DNA of 64,000 nucleotides from positions 1-64,000 of IMG/VR virus record IMGVR_UViG_2918249483_000002. One strand, given 5' to 3'. Position 1 is the stretch's first letter; each line of letters begins with the position of its first letter. A model generated the notes under the pieces. It saw only the letters and a program-made list of their open reading frames with translations. It was not told the origin of the DNA and did no database searches. Shown in pieces: positions 35,405 to 45,352 of this stretch. A program made the translations under genes and the position numbers. The stretch is from a virus (Duplodnaviria > Caudoviricetes).

Positions 35405-36684
35405 TGAACGCCACCGTGAAGGAGCGGCCCCGCGCCGACCATGGCACCGTCTCCAACCTGATGCCGTCCGTGACCCTCGATGCGCAAGCGCTGCGCAAGG
35501 CGGTCGAGGCCGTCGCCCCGGCAATGGACCTGCGTTCGGCCAATCCGCTCCTCGCGCACATCGCTTTCGTCGTGGAGGCCGAGGGGGGCGTTACGGTTCG
35601 TGCGACCAATGAGGATTCGAGCCTGGACGTGACGTGCGACGTCCGTTCGGCCGAGGGTGCCGTGCCGTTTGCAGCCGCGATCTCGGGACGCACGCTGACC
35701 AAGCTGCTCGCCTCAGTGGGGCCGTCGCCGATCACGATGTCGCTGACGACCAACGGGGTTGTGCTTCAGTGCGGAGACCTGTCGGGCCGGATCCCGGTGT
35801 TGCCGATCGCTGACTTCCCCGCCGTTATCCATTCCGTCTGCGATCGCCCCTTCGAGATGCCGGCTGGCGATCTCGTCCAGCTGCTGGAAACAGTGCAGCA
35901 CGCCATCTCGACGGAGGAAACCCGCTACTATCTCAACGGCGTACACATCCATCGCAGGGACGGCAAACTGGTCGCCGCGGCGACGGACGGCCATCGAATG
36001 GCGATCGCAAGCCTCGCCACTCCGGTGGACGGGACGCATCCAGACCTCGACGCCGGTGTCATCCTTCATCGCAAGGCGGTGAAGCATCTGCTGCGGCTGC
36101 TGGCCGTGTTGCCCGACACCGTCGCGGTTGTGGTGCGACTGAGTTCGGACCAGCCCGCGAACGGTCGGAGGATCGGTGGGCGGCCGAGAATGGCCTTCTC
36201 CTGGTCTCATGGTGACATGCAAGTCCGTGTCGACTGCGGCCTGATCGATGGCACCTTCCCGGACTATATCAAGGTCATTCCGCAGACCTTCACCCGGCAG
36301 TGCGTGGTCTATCGCTCGTTCCTTCGCCGGGCGGCGCATACCCTGCTGAGCGTCCTGGGCGAAGTCCGGGACAGGCCCGACGGCAAGCCTTGGCTGAAGC
36401 TCTTGTTCGTGCTCGACAAGACCTGCCTCCGGCTGTCCGGCTCGTCTGAAGAGCACGGGGATCTCACGACGAGGGTAACCGTCGCCAGTCAGGACGCGGT
36501 CGAGACCGGATTCAATGCCCGCTATGTCGTCGAATGCATGGATGCGTTCGAGTGCGACGCGGTGGCCGTCAAATTCAACGATGCGCGCGAACCTTTTGTT
36601 CTTGAGGCTGCCGAGGATGGGCGTGTGACCCAGGGGCGGGAGCGCGTCTCGCTGCTCCAAGTCCTGATGCCGGCTCGGGTCTGA
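35404..36684 (+). CDS. dnaN: DNA polymerase III beta clamp homologue
   Basis: [49 protein letters not shown]. Confidence 0.92.
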   Translation: MNATVKERPRADHGTVSNLMPSVTLDAQALRKAVEAVAPAMDLRSANPLLAHIAFVVEAEGGVTVRATNEDSSLDVTCDVRSAEGAVPFAAAISGRTLTKLLASVGPSPITMSLTTNGVVLQCGDLSGRIPVLPIADFPAVIHSVCDRPFEMPAGDLVQLLETVQHAISTEETRYYLNGVHIHRRDGKLVAAATDGHRMAIASLATPVDGTHPDLDAGVILHRKAVKHLLRLLAVLPDTVAVVVRLSSDQPANGRRIGGRPRMAFSWSHGDMQVRVDCGLIDGTFPDYIKVIPQTFTRQCVVYRSFLRRAAHTLLSVLGEVRDRPDGKPWLKLLFVLDKTCLRLSGSSEEHGDLTTRVTVASQDAVETGFNARYVVECMDAFECDAVAVKFNDAREPFVLEAAEDGRVTQGRERVSLLQVLMPARV

Positions 36685-36695
36685 GGAGCAACGCG

Positions 36696-36959
36696 ATGGG
36701 CGGCATCCACGACAACAGCGTTGAAGGCATTGCGGCGGATCGCCTGAAATCCTTCGTCGAGCGCATCGAGCGCCTGGAGGAGGAGAAGAAGGGTCTGCAG
36801 GAGGACGTCAAGGAGGTCTACGCCGAGGCCAAGGGCACCGGTTTCGACACCAAGATCATCCGCCAGATCATCCGCCTGCGGAAGATGGACAAGGCCGACC
36901 GCCAGGAGCAGGAAGCCATCCTTGAGCTGTACAAGGAAGCCCTGGGCATGGTGGAGTGA
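36696..36959 (+). CDS. gapR: GapR/DUF2312 nucleoid-associated protein
   Basis: [41 protein letters not shown]...LRK.D...RQE.EAIL.LY..ALGM. Confidence 0.93.
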   Translation: MGGIHDNSVEGIAADRLKSFVERIERLEEEKKGLQEDVKEVYAEAKGTGFDTKIIRQIIRLRKMDKADRQEQEAILELYKEALGMVE

Positions 36960-37231
36960 CCATGTCGGCCGGCGGCGATCTCCTCACCATCATCAACGCT
37001 CTGGTCGTGGCGCGCATCAAGCGCGGCCTGACGCAGGAGCATCTTGCGCAGAAGCTCGGCGTCACCCGCCAGTGCCTGTCGGCGTGGGAGAAGCTCACCA
37101 ACTTTCCGCCGAGCGACAAGCTGTTCGCCTGGGCGAAGCTGCTGGGCATTCGCTTCGTCGCCATGGACCTGGACAATCCATTCCAAGACGCAACGGAGAA
37201 TTGCGCGACGGAAACGGCGGTGACCGCATGA
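36956..37231 (+). CDS. XRE-family HTH protein
   Basis: [26 protein letters not shown]. Confidence 0.85.
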   Translation: MTMSAGGDLLTIINALVVARIKRGLTQEHLAQKLGVTRQCLSAWEKLTNFPPSDKLFAWAKLLGIRFVAMDLDNPFQDATENCATETAVTA

Positions 37232-37464
37232 AGCCCGCCATCATCCAGCACGTCGAAGCGCCTTGCCCGAGCGGAGCGGTTTCGCTGCTGCGCGGACGAG
37301 CGGTCCGCATCATCCGCTCCGCCGGCACCGACGCTGCGGCGCCGGTGATCGTCGAAGAGCTGCAAGCCGTCGGCGTGGCGCTGCCGGGTCAGCTCGGGAT
37401 CTGGCCCGCCGCCGAGGTGGCGAAGGGGCTCGGCAACCTCACGAAGGTCCGGAGGAAGGCATGA
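37228..37464 (+). CDS. Hypothetical protein
   Basis: ATGA coupling chain. Confidence 0.55.
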   Translation: MKPAIIQHVEAPCPSGAVSLLRGRAVRIIRSAGTDAAAPVIVEELQAVGVALPGQLGIWPAAEVAKGLGNLTKVRRKA

Positions 37465-38054
37465 CCAAGCGCGCCAGCAATTCGCAGAACTCACAGGGTT
37501 GCCCACAGGTGCCAGCCTTCATTCGTCGCTCCGGAACCCTGGTCGCCCGCATCGAGGCATCGCTTCCGGCCTGCATGCTGAACATGCTGGTTCGGACGTT
37601 GCTCGATACGGTGTCGCTGAACCCGCGCCAACGAGCGTTCTACAAGACGCTGATGCCAGATCTGGTCTCGGCCGTCGACGGACCGTTCATGACCGAGGCG
37701 CGGCCGATCCGCGAGCGCCTGGCGGAGATCGCCTCGGGTGTGGCGCGCTACGCGATCACGCGGAACGGAATCGCCAAGGATCCGCTGCCGGTGCTGCTGG
37801 GCGTCATGTTCTGGATGGAGCCGGTGGTGGACGGCCACATCGCTCTTCCGCATCAGGGCCCGGCCCTCCCGCGCGTCTACCAGCTCCTCTGCCAGGAGGT
37901 GCTGCACATGCTGGCGGTGGAGCGGAACGCCGAAGACATCCTGCTCTGCGCCGACATGGGCGATTGCATCGTGCCAGTCATCCAGCAGCGGCTGGAAGGA
38001 CTGGGGTTCTTCATCGGTGCGACCAGCGACGCCGCCGAGGCGGTGGCAGCATGA
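37461..38054 (+). CDS. Hypothetical protein
   Basis: ATGA coupling chain, GGAGG RBS. Confidence 0.6.
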   Translation: MTKRASNSQNSQGCPQVPAFIRRSGTLVARIEASLPACMLNMLVRTLLDTVSLNPRQRAFYKTLMPDLVSAVDGPFMTEARPIRERLAEIASGVARYAITRNGIAKDPLPVLLGVMFWMEPVVDGHIALPHQGPALPRVYQLLCQEVLHMLAVERNAEDILLCADMGDCIVPVIQQRLEGLGFFIGATSDAAEAVAA

Positions 38055-38320
38055 ACACCGGCGCCCCACCGATTTTCCCGAACGAAACCGACCTGCTGCA
38101 GGCGACGCCGGCCAGTACGGCGCCGGTGGGCGCCAGCCTTCCGGTGATCATCGCTACCGCCGGCATGCCCGACGGCGCGACGGCCGAAGCGTGCGACTGC
38201 GCCCGCGTCGCCCTGGACACGCTGTTCTGTCGCGCCTGGATCGAGCGCCGGCTTGCCGCTGATGGCCCGCTGTTCCGCAGGACCGTCGTCGGCGATCGCA
38301 TTGCGGAGGCCGTTCGATGA
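38051..38320 (+). CDS. Hypothetical protein
   Basis: ATGA coupling chain. Confidence 0.5.
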   Translation: MNTGAPPIFPNETDLLQATPASTAPVGASLPVIIATAGMPDGATAEACDCARVALDTLFCRAWIERRLAADGPLFRRTVVGDRIAEAVR

Positions 38321-38964
38321 GCGTCGCAATGGAAATCCGTGACGATCACCGGCGTCCGCCGCTCCCGCACTGGCATGCCGCCGGCAAGGCCTGTCGCTGG
38401 TGCGGCTCGGACGATGGCGGCACCGACCAGTTCGGTGGCCACGAATACGCCGTCGGCGGCTACTGGCACGAGGCCTGCCTCACCGCCTACGCCACCGCCG
38501 TCAGCAGCAAGGCGCAGCGGCTCTTCGTCGAAAAGCGCGATCTCGGCCTGTGCGCCGGCTGCGGCGCGAACGCGGAGCGCGCCATGTTTCACGCCATGCA
38601 GAACGATCCGAACCCGCCATTCTACGGCTGGGAGGTGGTTCGCGTCATGAAGCGCTGGATCGATCCGGAGTTCCACTGCGTCGCCAACAGCACCTGGTTC
38701 CGACGCGCCCCGGCACCGGCCGGCGTGGTCGAGAAGCTGCCGCCGTGGATGACGTGGGAGGCGGACCACATCGTCCCGCTCTGGTCCGTCGACCGCACCC
38801 TGCCGTGGGAGGAACTCCAGCGATTCTGGTCGCTCGACAACCTCCAGACCCTTTGCAGCCGCTGCCACAAGCGCAAGTCCGCCAGGGAGGCAGCCGAGCG
38901 CGCGGCGCTGAAGCGCGGACCGGATGCGCAAATGGGCCTGCTGCTGACCGGGAGCGCGGCATGA
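38317..38964 (+). CDS. HNH endonuclease
   Basis: CRWC, RD.GLCAGC, WEADHIVP, LDNLQTLCSRCH..K. Confidence 0.88.
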   Translation: MSVAMEIRDDHRRPPLPHWHAAGKACRWCGSDDGGTDQFGGHEYAVGGYWHEACLTAYATAVSSKAQRLFVEKRDLGLCAGCGANAERAMFHAMQNDPNPPFYGWEVVRVMKRWIDPEFHCVANSTWFRRAPAPAGVVEKLPPWMTWEADHIVPLWSVDRTLPWEELQRFWSLDNLQTLCSRCHKRKSAREAAERAALKRGPDAQMGLLLTGSAA

Positions 38965-39530
38965 CCTTGGTGAACTGGCATTTCGGCGACCTTCGGCCCA
39001 ACCACTACGGCGTGATCTACGCTGATCCGCCCTGGTACTTCGGCACCTTCTCCGACAAGGGTCGCGACCGCTCTGCGGCGTACGATTGCATGTCGCTGGA
39101 AGCGATCAAAGCCCTGCCGGTGGCCGATCTCGCCGCGAAGGATTGTGCGCTCCTGATGTGGGCCATTGACCCGATGCTGCCAGAAGCCTTCGAGGTGCTG
39201 AGCGCCTGGGGGTTCCGCTACAAGACCGTGGGCTTCTACTGGGAGAAGTTGAACGCCGACGGCACGCCTTTCACCGGGCTGGGCTACTGGACACGCGCCA
39301 ATCCCGAACAGTGCCTTCTGGCAACGCGCGGCAAGCCGAAGCGGCTGGCCCGAGATGTTCGCCGGCTGATCCGCGCGCCGCGGCGCGCGCATTCCCAGAA
39401 GCCCGACGAAGTCCGAACCCGCATCGAGCGACTGCTGCCTGGTCCCTATTGCGAGCTCTTCGCCCGGACCCGGCCGGATGGCTGGGACGTCTTCGGAAAC
39501 CAAACTGATCGGTTCGAGGTGGCGGCATGA
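38961..39530 (+). CDS. MT-A70 family adenine methyltransferase
   Basis: YADPPW, WGFRYKT, GLGYWTRANPE.CLL, HSQKP, ELFAR...GW...GNQ. Confidence 0.92.
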   Translation: MTLVNWHFGDLRPNHYGVIYADPPWYFGTFSDKGRDRSAAYDCMSLEAIKALPVADLAAKDCALLMWAIDPMLPEAFEVLSAWGFRYKTVGFYWEKLNADGTPFTGLGYWTRANPEQCLLATRGKPKRLARDVRRLIRAPRRAHSQKPDEVRTRIERLLPGPYCELFARTRPDGWDVFGNQTDRFEVAA

Positions 39531-40708
39531 CGGTCAAAATTCTCATTGGTGACTGCCGTGAGCGGCTGACCGATCTGCCGGACGCCTCCGTGCAGTGCTG
39601 CGTCACCAGTCCTCCGTATTTCGGTCTGCGCGACTATGGCGCAGACGGTCAAATCGGTCTGGAGCCGACACCGGAGGAGTTTGTCGACGCCATGGTCGCG
39701 GTGTTCCGCGAGGTGCGGCGCGTCCTACGGGACGACGGCACCCTGTGGCTGAACCTTGGCGACAGCTACGCCAATGATGGAAAGTTCGGCGGAGCCACCG
39801 GGGGCAAGCACAGCAAGTGGCTCCATGGTGGGGAGACCCGGATCGGGCGCGAGAAGCGGCGGACAGGCCTGAAGCCGAAGGATCTTATCGGGGTCCCGTG
39901 GCGCGTGGCCTTCGCTCTCCAGTCTGATGGCTGGTATCTGCGTTCTGACATCATCTGGCACAAGCCGAATCCGATGCCGGAGAGCATCAACGATCGGCCG
40001 ACGAGCGCGCACGAGCACGTCTTCCTCCTGACCAAGAGCGATCGCTATTTCTACGATGCAGATGCAATCCGAGAGAATGCTGAGGGGGCGGAGGATGCCG
40101 GCAAAGGCAAGTCGCGATACAACTTCAAGCGTTCGGGGTCGAAACGCGGGGTGCCGCTGACGCCAGATGCAAATTGCGGAACGCACCGGTCTGACCGGAT
40201 GGCGACGGATGTCGCGCCAACCCGGAACGCTCGCAATGTTTGGACCATCGCAACCCGGCCGTTTGCGGAGGCGCACTTCGCCACCTTCCCGCCCGATCTT
40301 GCCGAAATCTGCATCAAGGCAGGCTCCTCGGCCCGTGGCTGCTGCGCATCCTGCGGCTCGCCATGGGGGCGTGTTCGTGGCGAGCCTGTGCCTGTCGAAG
40401 GCCGAGGCGCTGGGAATGGCTTCGTCCGACCTGAGCGGCTGACGATGGGGGGGCGGGGCGTAGAGGAGGCGTGGACGCCGACGGACCGCCCAACGGTTGG
40501 CTGGCGCCCCTCATGCTCCTGTGCGGAGGCTGAACCCATGCCCTGCGCAGTCCTGGATCCCTTCGGAGGCGCCGGCACCACCGGTCTCGTTGCCGATCGG
40601 CTCGGTCGCAACGCTATGCTCATCGAACTGAACCCGGAGTACGCCGCCATGGCGGAGCGACGGATTCGTCGCGACGCTGGTCTGTTCGCACAGACGGAGG
40701 CGGCATGA
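39527..40708 (+). CDS. N4-cytosine/N6-adenine DNA methyltransferase (beta class)
   Basis: VTSPPYFGLRDY, IIWHKPNPMPES, AHFATFP, VLDPFGGAGTT, IELNPEY. Confidence 0.93.
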   Translation: MTVKILIGDCRERLTDLPDASVQCCVTSPPYFGLRDYGADGQIGLEPTPEEFVDAMVAVFREVRRVLRDDGTLWLNLGDSYANDGKFGGATGGKHSKWLHGGETRIGREKRRTGLKPKDLIGVPWRVAFALQSDGWYLRSDIIWHKPNPMPESINDRPTSAHEHVFLLTKSDRYFYDADAIRENAEGAEDAGKGKSRYNFKRSGSKRGVPLTPDANCGTHRSDRMATDVAPTRNARNVWTIATRPFAEAHFATFPPDLAEICIKAGSSARGCCASCGSPWGRVRGEPVPVEGRGAGNGFVRPERLTMGGRGVEEAWTPTDRPTVGWRPSCSCAEAEPMPCAVLDPFGGAGTTGLVADRLGRNAMLIELNPEYAAMAERRIRRDAGLFAQTEAA

Positions 40709-41346
40709 AGCGCCAACCCAGCCCCGCCGCAGAATTGACCGAGTTCGCCGAAGGTCGTCGTTATGCCACCATCATGGCGGACCCCCCGTGGCGGTTCATG
40801 AATAGCACCGGGAAGGTCGCGCCGGAGCACAAGCGCCTGTCCCGCTACAGCACGATGGCGCTGGAGGAGATCTGTGCGCTGCCGGTGGCGGACATCACCG
40901 CGTCGACCGCGCACCTTTACCTCTGGGTCCCGAACGCCCTGTTGCCGGAGGGCCTGCGCGTCCTTACCGCTTGGGGGTTCGAGTACAAGACCAACCTCGT
41001 CTGGCACAAGGTACGCCAGGACGGCGGCTCCGACGGGCGCGGGGTGGGCTTCTACTTCCGCAACGTGACGGAGCTGCTCCTGTTCGGCGTGCGCGGCAAG
41101 AAGGCCCGCACGCTCGATGCCGGCCGCCGCCAGGTCAACCTGTTCGCGACGCGCAAGCGCGAGCACAGCCGGAAGCCGGACGAGCAATACGACCTGATCG
41201 AGGCGTGCAGCCCCGGTCCTTACCTGGAAATGTTCGCGCGATTCCCGCGCGCCGGCTGGTCGCAGTGGGGGGATCAAGCCCCTGACGATGCGACGGCGCT
41301 GGATCCGCTTCTCCTGAATCCCTGCCAATTGGAGGTCGCGCTGTGA
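40705..41346 (+). CDS. Second MT-A70 family adenine methyltransferase
   Basis: ADPPWRF.N.TGKVAPEH.RL.RY, GVGFYFRNVTE, HSRKPDE, EMFAR. Confidence 0.92.
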   Translation: MKRQPSPAAELTEFAEGRRYATIMADPPWRFMNSTGKVAPEHKRLSRYSTMALEEICALPVADITASTAHLYLWVPNALLPEGLRVLTAWGFEYKTNLVWHKVRQDGGSDGRGVGFYFRNVTELLLFGVRGKKARTLDAGRRQVNLFATRKREHSRKPDEQYDLIEACSPGPYLEMFARFPRAGWSQWGDQAPDDATALDPLLLNPCQLEVAL

Positions 41347-41861
41347 CGGCCCGAAGCAGTTTCCTCACTCCTGAGCAGCGGGCGGCCGAACTGTTTGGCC
41401 CATGCACATGCTCTGTCGAATTTACGTCGTGCGATAGGACGGCTCCTGATTGTGCTCGTTGTAATTGGTCTGCCGATGTTGCGTCCATCATCGCCGATGC
41501 GGTGGCGGCCGAGACTGATCGGTGCACCCATGGCCGCGAGCAAGCGCACCGGCATAGCGAGCGCCCTATGAAGCGTGCATTCCGCCTGCTGGCAGAGGGG
41601 GCATGGATTGCCATCCACGTCATCATCTTCATTGCCGGGATAGTGGTCTGGGTGAGCATGTCCCCGTCGATGCAGATCGCATCGGCCATCTTCATGGCCG
41701 GCGGCTTGATCGGCGGCGCCATCCACTTTCGCAAGCCGACCGACATCGTGTTGCGCTGTGATGTCATTGACGGCCTGAACGCCACCGTTTCCGGCGGCGG
41801 CCACGTCTATGTCGTGGCCCCGAATGCCAAGGGCGTGAATGCGAAAGGAGTCGCTCAATGA
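41343..41861 (+). CDS. Hypothetical membrane protein
   Basis: Two hydrophobic helices; coupled to neighbours. Confidence 0.55.
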   Translation: MTARSSFLTPEQRAAELFGPCTCSVEFTSCDRTAPDCARCNWSADVASIIADAVAAETDRCTHGREQAHRHSERPMKRAFRLLAEGAWIAIHVIIFIAGIVVWVSMSPSMQIASAIFMAGGLIGGAIHFRKPTDIVLRCDVIDGLNATVSGGGHVYVVAPNAKGVNAKGVAQ

Positions 41862-42232
41862 CCGCCCTCGCCACTGGGGTTGTGGGCGCCGACATCGTGC
41901 GCCTGATTGCCGGCCACAGGTTCGACCTCTCCAACGAGAAGGTGGCCCAAGCCGAGCTCGAATCCATTCTGATCAAGGCGGAGATTCCGTTCGAGCGGGA
42001 GCATCGGCTTTCGGCCCGCGACATCGTCGACTTCCTTGTCGACGGTGGGGTCGCCGTGGAGATGAAGATTCGCGGTCATCAGAAGATGGCCGTGTACCAG
42101 CAGCTCGCCCGGTACGCCCGTCATGAGACAGTGAGGGAGGTGGTGCTGATCACCAATATGGCGATGGGCCTGCCGGAGGAGATCGAAGGCAAGCCTGCGT
42201 GGTATGCGTCCCTCGGGCGGGGGTGGCTGTGA
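41858..42232 (+). CDS. Small PD-(D/E)XK-like nuclease-fold protein
   Basis: E..L....IVDFLV.GGVAVEMK ... QL.RY. Confidence 0.7.
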   Translation: MTALATGVVGADIVRLIAGHRFDLSNEKVAQAELESILIKAEIPFEREHRLSARDIVDFLVDGGVAVEMKIRGHQKMAVYQQLARYARHETVREVVLITNMAMGLPEEIEGKPAWYASLGRGWL

Positions 42233-43959
42233 TGGCCGGCGCTCGCACTTATGGGGGCCTGCGTCTGGTCGAGAACGGCCGAACCTGGGAACTCGACAAG
42301 ATCGAGCCGCACGTCTCGATCCGGCTGAAGCAGCTTTTCCCCCGGATCCCCAAGGGGGAGATTCCGCCCTACCGTCTGCCGCACACCGACATTCTCGACG
42401 CGGATCTGGACTGGTTCACGACCCGCTATCCGCTGGCCATCACGGATGAGGATTATGCCGCGCTCACCGGCGGCCGGACGGAGTTCGAGCGGAAGCAGGC
42501 GGAGATGGAGCGGATCCTCCTCCCCACCTATCAGCCGCCAGCCGTGCTCGGGCTCCGGGAGGGGGAGATCCAGCGTCTGTATCAGGCGCAGGCGGTGGCG
42601 CTCCTCCAGCGGCGCGGCAAGCTGCTACTGGGTGACGAGGGGGGCTTGGGAAAAACGTACTCGGCGGGCCAGTTCCTGTGCGCAACGCCCGATGCGCTCC
42701 CGGCCGCGGTGGTGTGCGACCCGCACATGCAGAAGCAGTGGAAGGAGAAGCTGGAGACGCACACGAATCTCCGGGTGTGCGTGATCAAGGTCGGGACGCC
42801 GTTCATCACCAAGGTGGTGAAGGGTGAGCGGGTGTCGGTGCCCTACGAGCTGCCGCCGGCCGATGTCTACGTGTTCCGGATCTCCCAGATCGCGGGATGG
42901 GCGGAGATCTTCGCCACCGGCCTGTTCCGCTCGGCCATCTACGACGAGCCACAGTCGTTGCGCACGGGCGCCGGCACGGCCAAGGGCCAAGCGGCGAAGG
43001 TGCTGTCGGCAAACGTGATCTACCGATGCGGCCTCACCGCGACGCCGATCTACAATTACGGCACCGAGATGTGGAACGTGATGCAGTTCATCGACGACAC
43101 GGTCCTCGGTGACTGGGACGATTTCCGCCGCGAGTGGTGCAACGATCTGGGCAAGATCCGGGATCCCAAGGCGCTTGGAACTTACCTACGGGAACAGCAC
43201 GCCATGCTCCGCCGGCTGAAGGCCGACGTCGGGCTGGAACTGCCGAAGGTGTCGCGCATCGTCGAGCACGTGGAGAACGACGCCGGGGAGCTGCGCAGCA
43301 TCGAGGAGTTGGCGCACAAGCTGGCGATCCGCGCGACAACGGGCGCGTTCACCGAGCGCGGCCAAGCCGCCCGTGACCTCGACATGATGGTCAGGCAGCA
43401 GACGGGCATTGCGAAGGCCAAGGCGGTGGCGCAGTTCGTGCGCATGCTGTTGGAAGCCGACGAGCCGGTGGTGCTCTGGGGCTGGCACCGGCAGGTCTAC
43501 GAGATCTGGCTCCGGGAGCTCGCCGAGTTCCATCCGGCCATGTACACGGGATCGGAAACCGCATCGGCCAAGTGCAAGAGCCTGGACGCCTTCCTGGCGG
43601 GCGAGACGGATCTCCTCATCATGTCGTTGCGCTCCGGCGCCGGTGTCGATGGGCTCCAGCATCGCTGCTCCACCGGCGTCTTCGGTGAGCTCGACTGGTC
43701 CCCCGGCATTCACCAGCAGTGTGTTTGGCGCCTGGACCGCGACGGCCAGAAGAATCCCGTCACCGCCTTCTTCCTGGTGACCGACGACGGGAGCGACCCG
43801 CCCATCATGGAAGTGCTCGGAATCAAGGCCAGCGAGGCGCAGGGCGTCGTTGACCCGCACCTGGGGGTGCAGCAGGTCGACACGGACATGTCGAACGTCC
43901 GGAAGCTGGTGGAACGGTATCTCGACAAGAAGCGCAGCAGCGCGAAGGAGGCGGCATGA
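42232..43959 (+). CDS. SNF2-like superfamily 2 helicase
   Basis: GDEGGLGKT, YDEPQ, LTATPIYN, MLRR.K.DV..ELP, G.DGLQ, ELDWSP..H.Q...RL.R.GQ. Confidence 0.88.
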   Translation: MAGARTYGGLRLVENGRTWELDKIEPHVSIRLKQLFPRIPKGEIPPYRLPHTDILDADLDWFTTRYPLAITDEDYAALTGGRTEFERKQAEMERILLPTYQPPAVLGLREGEIQRLYQAQAVALLQRRGKLLLGDEGGLGKTYSAGQFLCATPDALPAAVVCDPHMQKQWKEKLETHTNLRVCVIKVGTPFITKVVKGERVSVPYELPPADVYVFRISQIAGWAEIFATGLFRSAIYDEPQSLRTGAGTAKGQAAKVLSANVIYRCGLTATPIYNYGTEMWNVMQFIDDTVLGDWDDFRREWCNDLGKIRDPKALGTYLREQHAMLRRLKADVGLELPKVSRIVEHVENDAGELRSIEELAHKLAIRATTGAFTERGQAARDLDMMVRQQTGIAKAKAVAQFVRMLLEADEPVVLWGWHRQVYEIWLRELAEFHPAMYTGSETASAKCKSLDAFLAGETDLLIMSLRSGAGVDGLQHRCSTGVFGELDWSPGIHQQCVWRLDRDGQKNPVTAFFLVTDDGSDPPIMEVLGIKASEAQGVVDPHLGVQQVDTDMSNVRKLVERYLDKKRSSAKEAA

Positions 43960-45158
43960 ACCGCGCACAATCCACCCTCTGGGACGACATGCGGACCACG
44001 CTGTCCGATGCCATCGACCTCACGGCGCAGAGCCTGTGCGCCTACGGCCCCCAGCACGAGCATTGGGCGATCGCCTACAGCGGGGGCAAGGACAGCTCGG
44101 CGACGCTGACTGTTATCATGCACCTGATCGAGACCGGGCGTGTGCCGGCCCCGAAGTCGCTGACGGTCGTCTACGCCGACACGCGGATGGAACTGATCCC
44201 GCTGGCTCACGCCGCGCAGCAGATCATGGCGCATCTCCGCGCCCGCGGCATCGATGTCCGGATCGCCGTAGCGCCCATGGACCTGCGCCTGCTGGTTTAC
44301 ATGCTCGGGAGGGGCGTGCCGCCGCCCTCGAACTCGTTCCGTTGGTGCACCCGCCAGATCAAGGTGGAGCCGATGCAGGAGGTGTTGGCGAACATGCTGT
44401 TCAGCACGCCCGGCACAATCCTGATGCTAACCGGAGTCCGTGTCGGCGAGAGCGCCCAGCGTGACGCCCGGATCGCGCTCTCCTGCGGCAAGGACGGCGC
44501 CGAATGCGGTCAGGGCTGGTACCAGGAAGTGCTGCCCGAAGCGCCCGGCATCCGGGGGCGGATCGCGACGCTCGCGCCGATCCTGCACTGGCGGGTGTGC
44601 CAAGTCTGGGACTGGCTGATGTTCGAGGCCCCGGCGCTGGGCTGGCCGACCACCGACATCGCCGTGGCCTACGGCGGAGATGAGGCGGCGGAGATCAACG
44701 CCCGCACCGGCTGCACCGGCTGCGCCCTGGCCAGCCGGGACGTCGCGCTTGAGACGGTAATTCGGTCTCTGCTCTGGGCTTACCTCACGCCGTTGATGGG
44801 CCTGAAGCCGCTGTACCGTGAACTGCGCCTCCCGAAGTGGCGGCTGCGCAAGACGGGGCTGGACGCGGACGGAGCGGTCGCCACCGGCAAGAACAAGCAG
44901 CGCATGGGCCCCCTCACGCTGGACGCACGGCGGATGGGTCTGGAGCGAGTGCTGGGCATCCAGAACGAATGCAACGAGGCGGCAACCCGGCTCGGCCGCC
45001 CACTGGTCGACCTGATCAACCCGGAAGAGGAGAGCCGGATCCGCGAGCTGATCGCCGCGGAGACGTGGCCGCAAGGCTGGGATGGCGACGAGCCGACCGG
45101 TGACGTGCCGCTGGACACGGTCTACGCCGACGGCCTGATCCAGAAGCTGCTGGTCTGA
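43956..45158 (+). CDS. PAPS-reductase/DndC-like PP-loop protein
   Basis: AYSGGKDS, ADTRME, RWCTRQIK.EP, GVR.GES..RD, ARTGC.GC. Confidence 0.85.
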   Translation: MNRAQSTLWDDMRTTLSDAIDLTAQSLCAYGPQHEHWAIAYSGGKDSSATLTVIMHLIETGRVPAPKSLTVVYADTRMELIPLAHAAQQIMAHLRARGIDVRIAVAPMDLRLLVYMLGRGVPPPSNSFRWCTRQIKVEPMQEVLANMLFSTPGTILMLTGVRVGESAQRDARIALSCGKDGAECGQGWYQEVLPEAPGIRGRIATLAPILHWRVCQVWDWLMFEAPALGWPTTDIAVAYGGDEAAEINARTGCTGCALASRDVALETVIRSLLWAYLTPLMGLKPLYRELRLPKWRLRKTGLDADGAVATGKNKQRMGPLTLDARRMGLERVLGIQNECNEAATRLGRPLVDLINPEEESRIRELIAAETWPQGWDGDEPTGDVPLDTVYADGLIQKLLV

Positions 45159-45169
45159 GGAGAGCCCGC

Positions 45170-45352
45170 ATGACCAGAGCCCACGACATCGCCGTAGAGC
45201 ACTGCCTCACCATGAAGCTTGCCGGCCTGAAGCCGTGCGACGTCCTCGCGCCGATCGGCTTCCCCCACAACCCCCAGACCAGTTGGGATGCGGCCGTCCG
45301 GCTGGTGGCCCGCGCCTGGTCGAAACTCGACACCAAGAGGTCTGCATCATGA
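45170..45352 (+). CDS. Small hypothetical protein
   Basis: GAGGAG RBS; ATGA coupling downstream. Confidence 0.5.
   Translation: MTRAHDIAVEHCLTMKLAGLKPCDVLAPIGFPHNPQTSWDAAVRLVARAWSKLDTKRSAS

Noticed and set aside
43956-45158. Complete Dnd/Ssp phosphorothioation system or sulfate-assimilation gene
   Set aside because: No dndB/D/E, sspB/C, cysteine desulfurase or cys genes in the window
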